Assembly: GCA_951406725.2 (NCBI GenBank)
Contig: OX597815.1
Coordinates: 183,272,001-183,336,000 of the forward strand
From: Octopus vulgaris
Taxonomy: Eukaryota
Length of the DNA stretch: 64,000 nucleotides
Direction: 5' to 3'
Part shown: positions 14,493-27,398 of the stretch, in pieces
How the letters are laid out: each line of letters begins with the position of its first letter
Position numbering within the stretch: position 1 is the stretch's first letter
Notes under the pieces: model-generated
Databases searched by the model: none
What the model was told of the DNA's origin: nothing
The model's input: the letters and a program-made list of their open reading frames with translations, nothing else
Made by a program: the position numbers and the translations under genes

Positions 14493-14540
14493 GAGTCTAG
14501 AGTTTCATCGATTCCTCTGTTTCTTTCTTCTCCACCATTT
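14493..14540 (-). CDS. 48-nt phase-2 micro-exon, (S)NGGEERNRGIDETLD(S)
   Basis: Acceptor ttttaatttctcTAG, donor GTAAGTATC. Confidence 0.85.
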
Positions 14541-16787
14541 CTAGAGAAATTAAAATATTAGCCATTATTATATTTTTATTCCATATTTATTTCATACTAT
14601 AAAACTAACCAACTATATTTTACTACTGAAATTTAAACAGGTCCAACTTTTTTTACTCAAAATGAAAATGGTAAACATTCAATCAGGAGTTGCAACGAAC
14701 AGTGTGAATAATTTGAGCGTGGTGAAGAGGGAGATCATTGAGGAAAGAAATGCTTTAACTGTTGTAGCAAAGAAAGAAGATATGTCTGATTAGAAACAAC
14801 AGTTAAGATTAAGAAGTAGTGAGAAACTTTTCATCATGCCATATGATTTAAAGATCTTCGACTTTCACCATCCCAACTGGTTACTGCAACAGAAATAATA
14901 TTCTTAGAACTACAGTATCTGTAATCAGACTATGTTTTTTCAAGTCAGCAATTTTCTATCATGGGAAGAAGGAAGATTAAATGTTTTCAACAAAATAAAT
15001 GTAAACCCAATTTATTCAATGAAAAGTGTTGCTTACGTTGCTTCAGCATCTTGATTTCTTTTCTCTTGACTTTCTCTAGCATTTATCCTAAAAGTAAAAC
15101 ATTGATTATAACATTTTTTGTTTTTCATTCTAGAAATATTTCACAGAAATAAACAACATTTTGGAAGTTAAATATAATCAGGAAAGAACTGCTTTTTTAT
15201 TGGGAATAAATAACCCAGTTGATTAGGAAGAGAGTTAGCCTGGAGAAGATGCAGTTCTGATTCATACCAGGAAGAAACACAACCAGTGCTATCCTCCTGG
15301 TAAGGCAACTACAAGAGAAGTATTTAGCCCTGAATAAAACGTTGCATATGGCTTTTGTAGAGCTGGAGAAAGACATCCAAATAGAAACCTCTATCCTTGG
15401 CTATTATGGGCCTAACTCTAACCCTAATAAGGAGTAAATCAGACAAATCACACATCCCATCAGGGAGATGGCCCTGCTCAAAATGTTGGAAAGGTATTGG
15501 TAGAAACTCCATATGGTGTATCCAGTGGAAGTTCTGCACACACAAGGAGTGCAGTTGTATCATGGGAAGATGAACAGAGAAAGTAGACACTCTGTGTGAC
15601 ATATATGCAGGTAAAATATATACTAAGTATGTACAGCAGAGAGACTCCCTCAAATGACCAGGGTATCCTTAGAAGTAATAGCCAATTTCTGTTATCCAGG
15701 CCACCATTTCAGCAGTGAAGGATGAAGTTCTGAAGGCATAAATGTTAGAATAAGAATAGGTTGGTCAAAGTTAAGGGTGCCGGTATCGTCTGGGAGTAAA
15801 AGGCCTCTCTCTTAGAGTGAAAGGCAGATTGCATGATGCCAGTGTACATACAATTAGGCTACATGGCAGTGAAACATGGACTATCACTAGAAAGGACAAG
15901 CAAAAGGCTTGAAACAAAAGAAGCCAGGAGCTTGTGCTGGATTGGTCATGTCAGTATACATGTATGACAGAGTGTAAAGAATCTAAGAGAAAAACTGGGT
16001 ATAAGATACATCAATTGAAAAGCACAAGAAAGAAGACAGTAGTATCATATGATACATATGGATGGGGATAGTTGCATAAACAAGTGCTTGTTTCTACACC
16101 AATTATGGAGGGTGCTGTAAAATGGGTAGACCCATGAAGACGTAGGAAAAAGTGGTGAGAAACAGTCTTCTCACATTGGACTTTACAAGGAAGATAGAAA
16201 AGGACCGAGATTTCTGGCAATTTTTTGCACTTCAGAAGACACATCAAGCTAAGAAAAATCTTGGCCACCCATACATACAGTCATGCCCTTTATGGCTATG
16301 ACCCACCACATCCACTCTCAGCTGAGATGTCCCTGTCTTTCAAGCATATACACAATGGTTCCACATAAAAGTGCCTGTGCCACAACCACAAGAAATGAAC
16401 ATGCCAGTGTCAATTACAAGCACCCATGCTGTTGCCACATAAAAGCACCTGTGTCAGTGCCACATCAAGAATATATGAGACACTCTAGAATGTGGTTGCC
16501 ATTGAGAAAGGCATCCAGCTATAGAACCCATAAGGAAACGGACAATTGGAGCCTGGACAGTCCTCCAGCCAGCCAGCTCCTGTCAAATGTTTCAGCACAT
16601 GAAAAAATTGAGAGCAGACGTTAAAAGATAACAATGGTAATGATCATAATGAATTATTTGAAATTTTACCACAAACTCCAACAAAAATGTAGTGCTTTCA
16701 AATTTTTAAGCATAAATGAATAGAAAATGCTATGGTTTGGGCAAAATATAATAAATTCAATTAAATTCACCAAACAATAATACTTAC

Positions 16788-16835
16788 GAGTCTAGAGTTT
16801 CATCAGTTCCTCTGTTTCTTTCTTCTCTACCATTT
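16788..16835 (-). CDS. 48-nt phase-2 micro-exon, (T)NGREERNRGTDETLD(S)
   Basis: Acceptor ttttaaattgtgTAG, donor GTAAGTATT; frame kept although the unit is diverged. Confidence 0.85.
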
Positions 16836-18224
16836 CTACACAATTTAAAATATTAGTCATTATTAAATTTTTAGTCCATATTTATTTCATACTATAAAAC
16901 TAACCAACTATATTTTACTACTGAAATTTAAACAGGTTCAACGTTGTTGCTCAAAATGAAAATGGTAAGACATTCAATCAGGAGTTGCAATGAACAGTGT
17001 GAATAATTTGAGTTTGGTGAGAAGGGAGATCATTGAAGAAAGAAATGCTATAATTGTTGCAGCAAAGAAAGATGAAATGTCTGATAGAGACAAAAGATTA
17101 GGAATGACATGATTTAAAGATCTTCAACTTTCACCATCCCACCTGGTTACTGCAACAGAAATAATATTCTTAGAACTACAGTATCTGTAGTCAATCTATG
17201 TTTTTTCAAGTCAGCAATTTTCTATCATGGGAAGAAAGAAGATTAAAGGTTTTCAACAAAATGAATTTAAACCCAATTTATTCAATGAAAAGTGTTGCTT
17301 ACGTTGCTTCAGCATCTTGATTTCTTTTCTCTTGACTTTCTCTAACATTTGTCCTAAAAGTAAAACACGGATTATAACATTTTTTATTTTTTATTCTAGA
17401 ATTATTTCACAGAAATAAACAACATTTTGGAAGTTAAAAGTAGTCAGAAAATGATTGCTTTTTATTGGGAATAAATTGCTCAACTGGTTAGGAAGAGAGT
17501 TAGACTGGATGAGATGCAGTTCTGTTTTGTGCCATAAAGAAACACAACTAGTGCTGTTGTAGAGCTGAAGAAAGACTTTCAAAAGTAAACTTCTATCCTT
17601 GGCTACTGTGGGCCTAAGAAAGCCTTGGACAGAAGCCATTGCTTCTTCATCTAGTAATCAATGCAGAAGGTATGCATTGATGAGTGGTCTGTGAGAGCAG
17701 TACAAGCCATGTACAAGTATGCTGTCAATAAGTCAAAGGTCCTCAATGAGTATAGCAATGAATTAAGTGTACAAGTAAGCATTCACCAAAGTTCTTAGCT
17801 CATTCTTTTTTTTAATCATTGTCCTGCAGGACATAACAGAGGAAATTAAGACTCGTTGCCCTTGCAGACACCTGAAATGTTGATCAATTTTTTCTTATAG
17901 CTGAACTGTTAGATGAAATTGAGAGGAAATTTCAGGTATGGCACCAGGTCAGAAATCATATAAACTTAGAATTAATTTAGCTAAGAGCAAAATTCTGATG
18001 AGTTGTAAGACAGACAAATCACACATACCTTCAGGGAGATAGCCCTGCTCAAAATATAGAAAAGTTGTTGATAGAAACTCCATATGGTGTATCCAGTAGA
18101 AGTTCTGCACACACAAAAGTGCAGTAGTATCGTGGAAAGAGAAACAGAGAAAGTAAACACTCTGTGTGGCAGATATATGGGTAAAATATATAGTATGTAT
18201 GTCCAGAAGAAAGACTCCCTCAAA

Positions 18225-18370
18225 TAATCAGGAATCTATTGACAATATTTTGAAATGCATGCCATGCCTCTCTTTCTAGATCACCCATCACATTTTCAAG
18301 ATTTACTGACCTCAGCATTTTCCTTACTTGTGATCCAGTAAATATACCACCCTTAACTTTTAAACCCAAT
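18225..18370 (-). mobile_element. DNA transposase fragment (resembles Chapaev3-type)
   Basis: KVKGGIFTGSQVRKML...EREAWHAFQNIVNRFL resembles the KxKEGIFVGPQIR...AWxxFxxVVxxFL motif (recalled, not searched). Confidence 0.5.
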
Positions 18371-19840
18371 TTATACAATGAAAAGTGTTGCTTACGTTGC
18401 TTCAGTATCTTGATTTCTTTTCTTTTGACTGTCTCTAACATTTGTCCTAAAAGTAAATCATGGATTATAGTATTTTTTCTTTACACAGAAATAAACAACA
18501 TTTTGGAAGTTAAATGTAATCGAAAGGAAGTGCTTTTTGGGGGAATAAACTACTCAACTGATTACGAAGAGAGTTAGCCTGGATGAGATGCAGTGCTGTT
18601 TTGTGCCAGAAACACAACTCGTATTATCCTCCTGGTAAGGCAACTGCAACACAAGTATTTTAGCCCTGAATAAACCATTGTATCTGGCTGTTATAGAACT
18701 GGAGAAAAGCTTTCAAATAGAAACCTCTATCCTTGTCTATTGTGGGCCTAAGAAAGCCTTGGACAGAGGCCATTGCCCCTTCATCTAGTGGTCAATGCAG
18801 AACGGATGGATTGATGAGTTGTTTGAGAGCAGTACATGCATGCTCTCAATAAGGTTAAATTATGCAATGAGTAAACGAATGAATTTCCTGTACAAGTAAG
18901 CATTCACAAATTTCAAGTTCTTAGCCTACTCTTTTTTAAATCATAGTAATAAAGGACATAACAGAGGAATTTCAGACCGGCTGCCCTTGTGAGCTCCTCT
19001 AATACTGAACAAAAGGCTTGAAAGAAATACATTATCCATACACGGTCTGCTGGGTGGGTATTGTCAGTGTGCACGTATGACAGAGTGTAAAGAATCTAAG
19101 AGAAAAATTGGGTATAAGAGGCATCAGTTGTAGTACACAGAAGAGAAAACTGTTGTTATATGTGATGCATACAGATGAAAACAGCTGCATAAAGAAGTGT
19201 TTGTTTCTACTCCAATTGTGAGTGAAGACTTGGCAAAAGTGGTGAGAAACGTTCTTCAGACATCGGGGTTTACAGAGATGATAAAAAAGGACCAAGATTC
19301 TTGGCAGTTTTTTTGCACTTCCAAAGACACATCAAGCTAAGGAAAGTTTTGGCCACTCATACATACAGACATGCCCTTTACAGCTATGACCCACTACATC
19401 CCTGTCTTGCAAGCACATGCACAATGGTGCCCCATAAACACACCTGTTCCAGAACCACTAGAAATGACCATGCCAGTGCCAAAAGCACCCATGCCATTAT
19501 CACATAAAAACACCTGTGCCTGTGCCACATCAAGAATATATGAGACATTCTATAAAATGGTTGGCATAAGAAAGAGCATCCAGCTACAGAACCCATAGGG
19601 AAACAGACAATTGGAGCCTGGACAGACCTCCAGCTGGCCAGCTCCCGTCAAATGTTCTAGCACATGACAAAATTGAGAATGGACATTAACTACTAATAAT
19701 GATGACTTATTTGCAATTTTACCACAAACACCAACAAAAATGTAGAGTCTTCAAATTTTAATGTATAAATGAACTGAAAATACTATGGTTTGGGCAAAAT
19801 ATATTAAACCCAAATAAATTCACTAAACAATAATACTTAC

Positions 19841-19888
19841 GTTTCTAGAGTTTCTCTAGTTCCTCTGTTTCTTTCTTCTCTACCATTT
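19841..19888 (-). CDS. 48-nt phase-2 micro-exon, (G)NGREERNRGTRETLE(T)
   Basis: Acceptor ttttaaattctgTAG, donor GTAAGTATT. Confidence 0.85.
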
Positions 19889-22543
19889 CTACAGAATTTA
19901 AAATATTAGCCATTATTATATTTTTAGTCCATATTTATTTCATACTAGAAAACAAAGTAAGTATAGTTTAGTACTGAAATTCAAACAGGTCCAACTTTGT
20001 TGCTAAAAATGAAAATGGTGAAAATTCAATCAGGAGTTGCAACGAACAGTGTGAATAATTTGAGTTTGGTGAGAAGGGAGATCATCGAGGAAAGAAAGAT
20101 GAAATGTCTGATAGAGACAAAATTAGGAATTTGTGGGAAGCTTCTATTCAGTAGAACAATATTGGAGTTGTATAAATGCAGGTTAGGCATGATAAAGATG
20201 ACATAAAATATGAAGATTTCCAGCTCTCACTATCCCATCTGGTTACTCCAGGAGAAATAATATTCTTAGAACTACAATATCTGTAGTCAGACTTTGTTTT
20301 TTTCAAGTCAGCAATGTAAGGAATTTTCAATCATGGGAAGAAAGAAGCTTAAACATTTTCAACAAAATAATTTTAAAGCGAATTTATTCAATGAAACGTG
20401 TTGCTTCAGCATCTTGATTTCTTTTTTTTTTTTTTTTTTTTGACTTTCTCTAACATTTGTCCTAAAAGTAAAACATGGATTATAATACTTTTTGTTTCTC
20501 ATTCTAGAATTATTTCACAGAGATGAACAACATTTTGAAAATTAAATATAGTCAGAAAATGATTGCTTTTTATTGGGAATAAATTGCTCAACTGATTAGG
20601 AAGAGAGTTAGACTGGATGAGATGCAATTCTGTATTGTGCCATAAAGAAACACAACTAATGCTATCCTCCTGATAAGGCAACTGCAGGAGAAGTATGTAG
20701 CTCTGAATAAACCATTGTATCTGGCTGTTATTGAACTGGAGAAAAACTTTCAAATAGAAACCTCTATCCTTGTCTATTGTGGGCCTAAGAAAGCCTTAGA
20801 CAGAGGCCATTGCCCCTTCATCTAGTGGTCAATGCGGAACGGATGGATTGATGAGTTGTTTGAGAGCAGTACAAGCATGATCTCAATAAGGTGATGCAAT
20901 GAGTATACCAATGAAATTAGTGTACAACGAAGTGTTCACCAAAGACAAGACCCACCCCATCTTCTTTTTCTCATAGTCCTCAAGGACATAGCAGAGGAAT
21001 TTAAGTCTGGTGCCTTTGGCAACACCTCAAATGCTGATCAATTCTTTCTTATAGCTGAACTGTTAGATGAAATCAAGAGGAAATTTCAGGTGTGGCACCA
21101 GGTCAGAAATCAAATAGCCTTATCATTAATTTAGCTAAGAGCAAAATTTTGATGAGGTGTACACAGACAAATCACAAATCTCTTCAGGGAGATAGCCCTG
21201 CTCAAAATGTACAAAAGGTGTTGGTAGAAACTTCATACAGTGTATCCAGTTTAAGTTCTGTACACATAAATAGTGCAGTAGTATTATGGGAAAATGAACA
21301 ATTCAAGTAGACACTCTGTGTGGCACATATGCAGGTAAAATCATTACAAAGTGTGTGCAGCAGAGAGACTCCCTCAAATGACTGACGGAGCCCCAGAAAT
21401 AGTAATCAAATTCTGTTATCCAGGCCACCATGTTAGCAGTGGAGAACAAATTTTGGAAGCATAATTGTTAGAATAAGAACAGGCTGATAAAATTTAAGGG
21501 TGCCAATATCTTCTGGTAGTAAATTGCCTTTCCCTTAGAGTGAAAAGTAGATTGAATGTTGCTTATGTACATACAACTAGGCTATATAGCAGTATTTTCT
21601 GGTAGTAAAGGGTGTCTCCCTTGGAGTGAAAAGCAGATTGTTTGATGCCTGTGTACACACAGCTAGGCTACATGGCAGTGAAACATGGAGTGTCACTAGA
21701 GATGACATGCAAAGGGCTTGAAACAAATGTAGCCAATGGGTTCTGCTGGATGGGTAATGTTAATGTGCATGTATGACAGAGTGTAAAGGATTTAAGAAAA
21801 AAATTGGGTATAAGAGGCATCAGTTGAAATGCACAAGTGAGAAGACAATGGTATTGTGTGATGCATATGGATGAGGACAACTGCATAAAGAAGTGTTTGT
21901 TTCTACTGTAAGACAGGTAGACCCCAGAAGACATGGGAAAAAGTGGTGAGAAATGGTTTTCAGACATTGGGCTTTATAGAGAAAATAGTAAAGAACCAAG
22001 ATTTCTGGCAGTTTTCTGCCCTTCAGAAGACACGTGAAGCTAAGTAAAGTCTTGGCCATCCATACATACAGGCATGCCCTTTACAGCTATGCCTCACCAT
22101 GTCCTCTCTCTGCTGAGACATCCCTGTCTTGCAAGTATATGACCGACCATGCCAGTGTCAATAGATATGACCGACCATGCCAGTGTCAATTACAAGCCCC
22201 CATGCTGTTTCCACATAAAGAATATATGAGACACTCTATAAAGTGGTTGCCACTGAGAAAGGCATCCAGCTATAGAAACTATAACAAAACAGACAATTGG
22301 AGCCTGGACAGACCTCCAGCTGGCCAGCTCCTGTCAAACATTCCAGCAAATGATAAAACTGAGAGCAGACATTAAATGATGATAATAATGTGATGATCAT
22401 GATGGATTATTTGTTATTTTTTTTCCACAAATCCCCACAAGAATGGAGAGTTTTCAAATTTTAATGTAGAAATGAACAGAAAATACTATGGTCAGGGCAA
22501 AATATAATAAATCCAAATAAATTCACTGAAAAATAATACTTAC

Positions 22544-22588
22544 CCTCCTTGAGTTCCACCAGATCCTCTGTTTCTATCTCCACCATTT
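22544..22588 (-). CDS. 45-nt phase-2 micro-exon, NGGDRNRGSGGTQG(G); most diverged, 5'-most repeat exon
   Basis: Acceptor ttttacattttaTAG, donor GTAAGTATT; exactly one codon shorter than its siblings, so frame is preserved. Confidence 0.8.
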
Positions 22589-22999
22589 CTATAAAATGTA
22601 AAATATTATATTGCATTTTTATATTATTATATTATATATATTATTTATATATATATTATTTTTTTCCATATAATATTTTTATTCCATATTCATTTCGTAA
22701 CAGTTATCAAGCAAAAGTGAGAGGATTCTGAAGATGATTAAAAAGCTATCGTCTGCTCGCGATTCGTAAAGTAATACTTCGGTTATTTCCGGTTAATCTC
22801 GCTTTTAAACGCCGGTTGTTAAATACGTATGTGTGTGTGTGTGTACGTCTGTGAGTGTATGTGAAAGAAAGGAAATCACACATGTCTATATACATATATA
22901 TATACACGCACACACGTGTATATAGAAATATGTGTCACACGTATATATACATACACACACATATATACACAAACGTACATTAATGTATAACATATATGT

Positions 23000-23038
<39 letters not shown>

Positions 23039-23451
23039 GCACACATACACATACACACAACTATCATCTGGTCACAATTTCTGAAATAATACTTCGGTTA
23101 TTTCCGATTAATCTCGCATAGTTACGCGGCGACACACAAACGCGCTCTCATACAGGTGCGCGCGTGCGCCCACAGTCTCATCATACTGTTACGTACACAT
23201 ACAAACATTCGAACAGTCTCATAGAATTACACGCAAGCACATACACACACACACAAACACACACACGCACACGCACACACACAAAAAGAAACAGACCAAT
23301 CAGCGTCATATTTTCATTTATTAATTTTTATCGGAACACTTAACTTCGTGGGAAGAGAAGGGTATGGCTAGAGAGTAAAGCCGACTAATAGAAGGGACAG
23401 AGAAAAATAGAATGGCCTGTCATTTACTGATGTAAATTATATTTTAGATCC

Positions 23452-23900
23452 TATCTCTTTACTACCCACAAGGGGCTAAACACAGAGAGGACAAACAGGA
23501 ACAGACAAAGGGATTAAGTCGATTATATCGACCCCAATGCGTAAATGGTACTTATTTAATCGACCCCGAAAGGATGAAAGGCAAAGTCGACCTCGGCGGA
23601 ATTTGAACTCAGAACATAAAGACAGACGAAATACCGCTAAGCATTTCGCCCGACGTGCTAACGTTTCTTATTTCTTTATTGCCCACAAGGGGCTAAACAT
23701 AGAGGGGACAAACAAGGACAGACAAAGGGATTAAGTCGATTACATCGACCCCAGTGCGTAACTAGTACTTAATTTATCGACCCTGAAAGGATGAAAGGCA
23801 AAGTCGACCTTGGCGGAATTTGAACTCAGAACGTAACGGCAGACGAAATACCGCTAAGCATTTCGCCCGGCGTGCTAACGTTTCTGCCAGCTCGCCGCCT
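23452..23900 (-). mobile_element. Two tandem SINE family B copies
   Basis: Head ggcggcgagctggcagaaacgttagcacgccgggcg on minus strand; body repeated twice. Confidence 0.88.
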
Positions 23901-24116
23901 TAGAGGAGGGTATACCGAGCGAGTAAAGCAGACTCATAGAATAGACACAGAAAATAGAATGACTTGTCATTTATTGATGTAAATTATATTTTAGATCCAA
24001 TGAATCAAAGGGTATTGGAATGGATCATAGGGTCTATGTCATTCATTGATTTTCTTTACAGTATTATCTTTATAGGTAAACATTGTTTCTTTCTGGAATT
24101 TCTCTTCCAACCATTA

Positions 24117-25500
24117 CTAATCGCACGTTGTTAGATACTCGGTCGTTGTACCTTCGTGCATGCTCTCCAGCTGGCCTCTATCTGCACAAATTGACAATTT
24201 CAGATTACGTTTGTTAGCCAAAGATGCCATAGTTTTAATTTCTCTAATAAGCTCATTGTTTTCCAAAAGCATCTCTTGAATATCCCTAGTAGTGTATAAT
24301 TTTGTTGCAGGAAATCTATTATTTCTGATATTAGTCATTTAATATCATCAATAAAATAAACTTGAACATATTTAGGAATATTTTCATCTGTATTATACAA
24401 TGAACTTATTCTATGCTATACTTGACTTTGTATTTTGAAAACTGACATGAATCCCAGTAGAGATATTAATTCACCAAGGATGTCATTGAAAATAATTCAT
24501 TATATTTTTTGATAATTTTTGGAATCCAGATTTTCCCCCAGCATTAGTGTATTTAAAGGTTCAAGAGGTCTTTCAAACAAATTTAACCTTACCATTTGAA
24601 CAAAATAGTCCCTTAGTTCTTATTTTTATTGTCCTAAAAATTTCGTTGCGTCTTGCAACCTTTTCAATAGTTTATTGAAAAGGTTGCAAGACGCAACGAA
24701 AATTTTAGGAAAATAAAAATAAGAAAAATGTGGAAATTTTACCGGTGAGTGTGTTACATTATAAGGCTCAAAAAGAAAATGACTCTCCCCAGACACAACA
24801 GAATATGCTTCAACACACGAACTCATATAAAGAATCTTGCAAACCAAATCCAGAAACGAAATATAATCCCTTAGGTTCATCCTTAAATAGTTGTGCACAA
24901 CAATGCTTACAAACAACTGACCCTGTTCCTAAATTTGATAGATTATCATAATTTTTAGTTGGATCATAGTCAAACGCTGCATTTGTAAATGATATAACAG
25001 AAGTACCTAGTTCAGCATATCTTGGTCTTTGCTCCATAGTCTGAGAATTTCCTGTCACAAAGTGTGAAATTCTAGTTTCCTCTCTTATTTCTTGTGCCAA
25101 TCTGTGTTTTCTTCTCTAATTTCATTCTTTCTTTGAACTGAGAGTTTTCCTCGTCTTTTTAGATACTCCCCATTTCTTGCTCTTTGAATTTCTCTCACAT
25201 TTTCACTCATTTCATTTGGTTCTTGGCGTTTTTTTTGCTGGGGCATTTAAAATTACCCTTCTATCGTTATTTATTACGCTTATAATATTATTGTTGTTGT
25301 TTAAGCTATTAGTTGCATCATTTAAGTTTTGGTCGGTTCTTACTTTTTGAGTAAGAATTTCTTGATCCGCCATGCGCTGAGAATTTCTAGCCACAATGTG
25401 CAAAATTCTAATTTCTTCTCTTATTATTTCTAGTATCGAATTTTCTCTCAACACCTTGGTGAGCCAACCTGTGTTCTCCTCCAATTTCATTCCGTCTTTG
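24117..25500 (-). mobile_element. Decayed Helitron Rep/Helicase N-terminal region
   Basis: Collinear fragments VCKHCCAQLFKDEPKGL / FCSNGKVK / PLEPL / FSMTSL / IQEMLLENNELIREIKT..LSICADR match the CxxCxAxxFxxE..CCxxGKV..PEPL..FQMTS pattern of animal Helitrons; contains stops and frameshifts. Confidence 0.7.
24617..24725. repeat. Fold-back palindrome, 53-bp arms, 3-nt loop
   Basis: 24617-24669 is the reverse complement of 24673-24725 with 2 mismatches. Confidence 0.95.
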
Positions 25501-25937
25501 AATTGAGGGTCTTTTCTGTCTATGTCTTTGATACTCTATTTCTAGCACATCCAGCTTCCACTTCAGATGGATTCTTCGCGATGAGAATGGTAACTGACAA
25601 TGTGAACACTGGAGGGTGTAAAAAAGAATTTAGAAATGTACTCCACCTTAATGTTGACTTGAGACATCGTATTTGGGAAGAGTTCGAAGGTTAATAGTTA
25701 TCGAGCAAAACTGAGATGATTCTAAAGATGATTAAAAAGCTATCGTCTGCTCATAATTCGTAAAGTAATACTTCGGTTATTTCCGGCTAATCTCGCTTTT
25801 AAACGCTGTTTGTCAAATACGTGTGTGTGTGTTGTATACACACGTCTATGAGTATATGAGAGAGAAAGGAAAGCACACATGTATATATACGTGTATACAG
25901 AAATATATATATATATATAGAAATATGCACACGTATA

Positions 25938-25947
25938 TATGTGTGTG

Positions 25948-26010
<63 letters not shown>
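25938..26010. repeat. (TA)n/(TG)n microsatellite
   Basis: Direct reading; similar tracts at ~22830-23050, 27360, 30570, 37735 and 59835. Confidence 0.95.
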
Positions 26011-26011
<1 letters not shown>

Positions 26012-26140
26012 TATATAGGTACACAAACGTACATTTATATATAATATATGTGTGTATGTGTATTTCGTTTTGGGATTTGGTTTGCAAGATTCTTTATATG
26101 TGTTCGTGTGTTGAAGCATATTCTGTTGTGTCTGGGAAGA

Positions 26141-26330
26141 GTCATTTTCTTTTTGTGCCTTATTATGTAACACACACACGAGTAAAATTTCCACTTTTTT
26201 CTTATTTTTATCTTCCTAAAATTTTCGTTGTGTCTTGCACTAACGAAAATTTTAGAAAGATAAAAATAAGAAAAAAGTGAAAATTTTACCGGTGAGTGTG
26301 TTACCTTATAAGCCACAAAAAGAAAAATGA
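26141..26330. repeat. Imperfect fold-back palindrome (~90-bp arms) related to 24617-24862
   Basis: gtcattttctttttgtg...aattttcgttg paired with taacgaaaatttt...cacaaaaagaaaaatgac. Confidence 0.85.
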
Positions 26331-27357
26331 CCCCCCCCCCCCCCCAGGGTTATTCAAAAATACAGAGCAGATTTCAGATTTATTTTAAAAATAAGCGGTA
26401 ACAGACACAAACGCATTCTACATATTTCCTTATAGGGGAAGGTTTAAAGTTTATCGCAGAGCATGATCAATTGAATTAAACCTTAAATAAAAAAAATATC
26501 TTAATTTTGTTTTAATGTTTCATTTTATTTAAAGTTGTATAATTTTCATTTGTCTAATCCCTTAGAAAATGGCGACGCCGGAAGAAAAGTCCCATTTTAG
26601 GTTAAATTCGATGATATAATAAGAAAGGCATAGCCTTATAAAAATAGTAGAGATGGATGTGAACTTTGTTCTATGGAGACTTATGAAATTTTAAAACATA
26701 GGAATGATACAAATTTATTGAATAACCGTTCTGAACTAGGAGCATCTAGCACACATAATGCTACCCATACGTTTAAATATTTTAAATAATAGCATTCTGA
26801 CCATTTTCAAATCCTGATATTTTATAACCAAATAAAAATTAATTTACCATACTAGCTTTTATTCAACCTGCATAGATTACTTAAACATCTCATTGTATAT
26901 ATAAATCTGAATATATGAAATTTGAATTTTTTTTTATATACTCCCCTATAATGGAAAGAAAAGATTCCATATATCTAGGGAAATTTTCTTGGTTCATTTT
27001 GATTACCTCCCCTCCATTACTTTTTATTATATATTATTGACTCCTGATATATTCACTTCATTGATAAAGTTTTTTTCCACAGGTAGTAAATATTATGTCT
27101 AATATATTATTTTATTTCGACTCATTAATAAAATAAATCACCATTTACTAGCTAATTATGATTCTATATTAATGGAAATGGGGATACTTAAATATGTAAT
27201 AATCACAAATAATTCTATATACCTAGAGAAATTATTTAGTTCACCTTGATTATTTCCCTTCCATTATTTTTTTGAATATATCTTATTGACTCCTAATATA
27301 GGTACTATATTAATAAGGTTTTTTTTCCACGATTAGTAAGTATTAGTCTAACATTCT

Positions 27358-27398
<41 letters not shown>

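Larger units (their letters stand above)
1..22620. repeat. Tandem array of 2.3-3.1 kb units (9 in window), each = decayed RTE LINE 3' part + one micro-exon; continues left of the window
   Basis: Landmarks such as ctacatggcagtgaaacatgg and atacttacg..ctagagttt recur in each unit; micro-exon spacings are 2416, 2383, 2796, 2413, 2385, 2295, 3053 and 2703 bp. Confidence 0.97.

Noticed and set aside
2100-16835. LDSNG[G/E]E resembling an EF-hand loop (DxNGDG)
   Set aside because: Lacks the position-5/6 D-G pattern, the position-12 Glu and flanking helices; too weak to call
25740-26280. ORFs rich in YIYI/THTH/CVCV
   Set aside because: Translations of (TA)n/(CA)n microsatellites
26965-27360. Diverged ~140-bp direct repeat containing ttttttccacag (acceptor-like)
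   Set aside because: The AG is not kept in the second copy and no open exon with a donor follows
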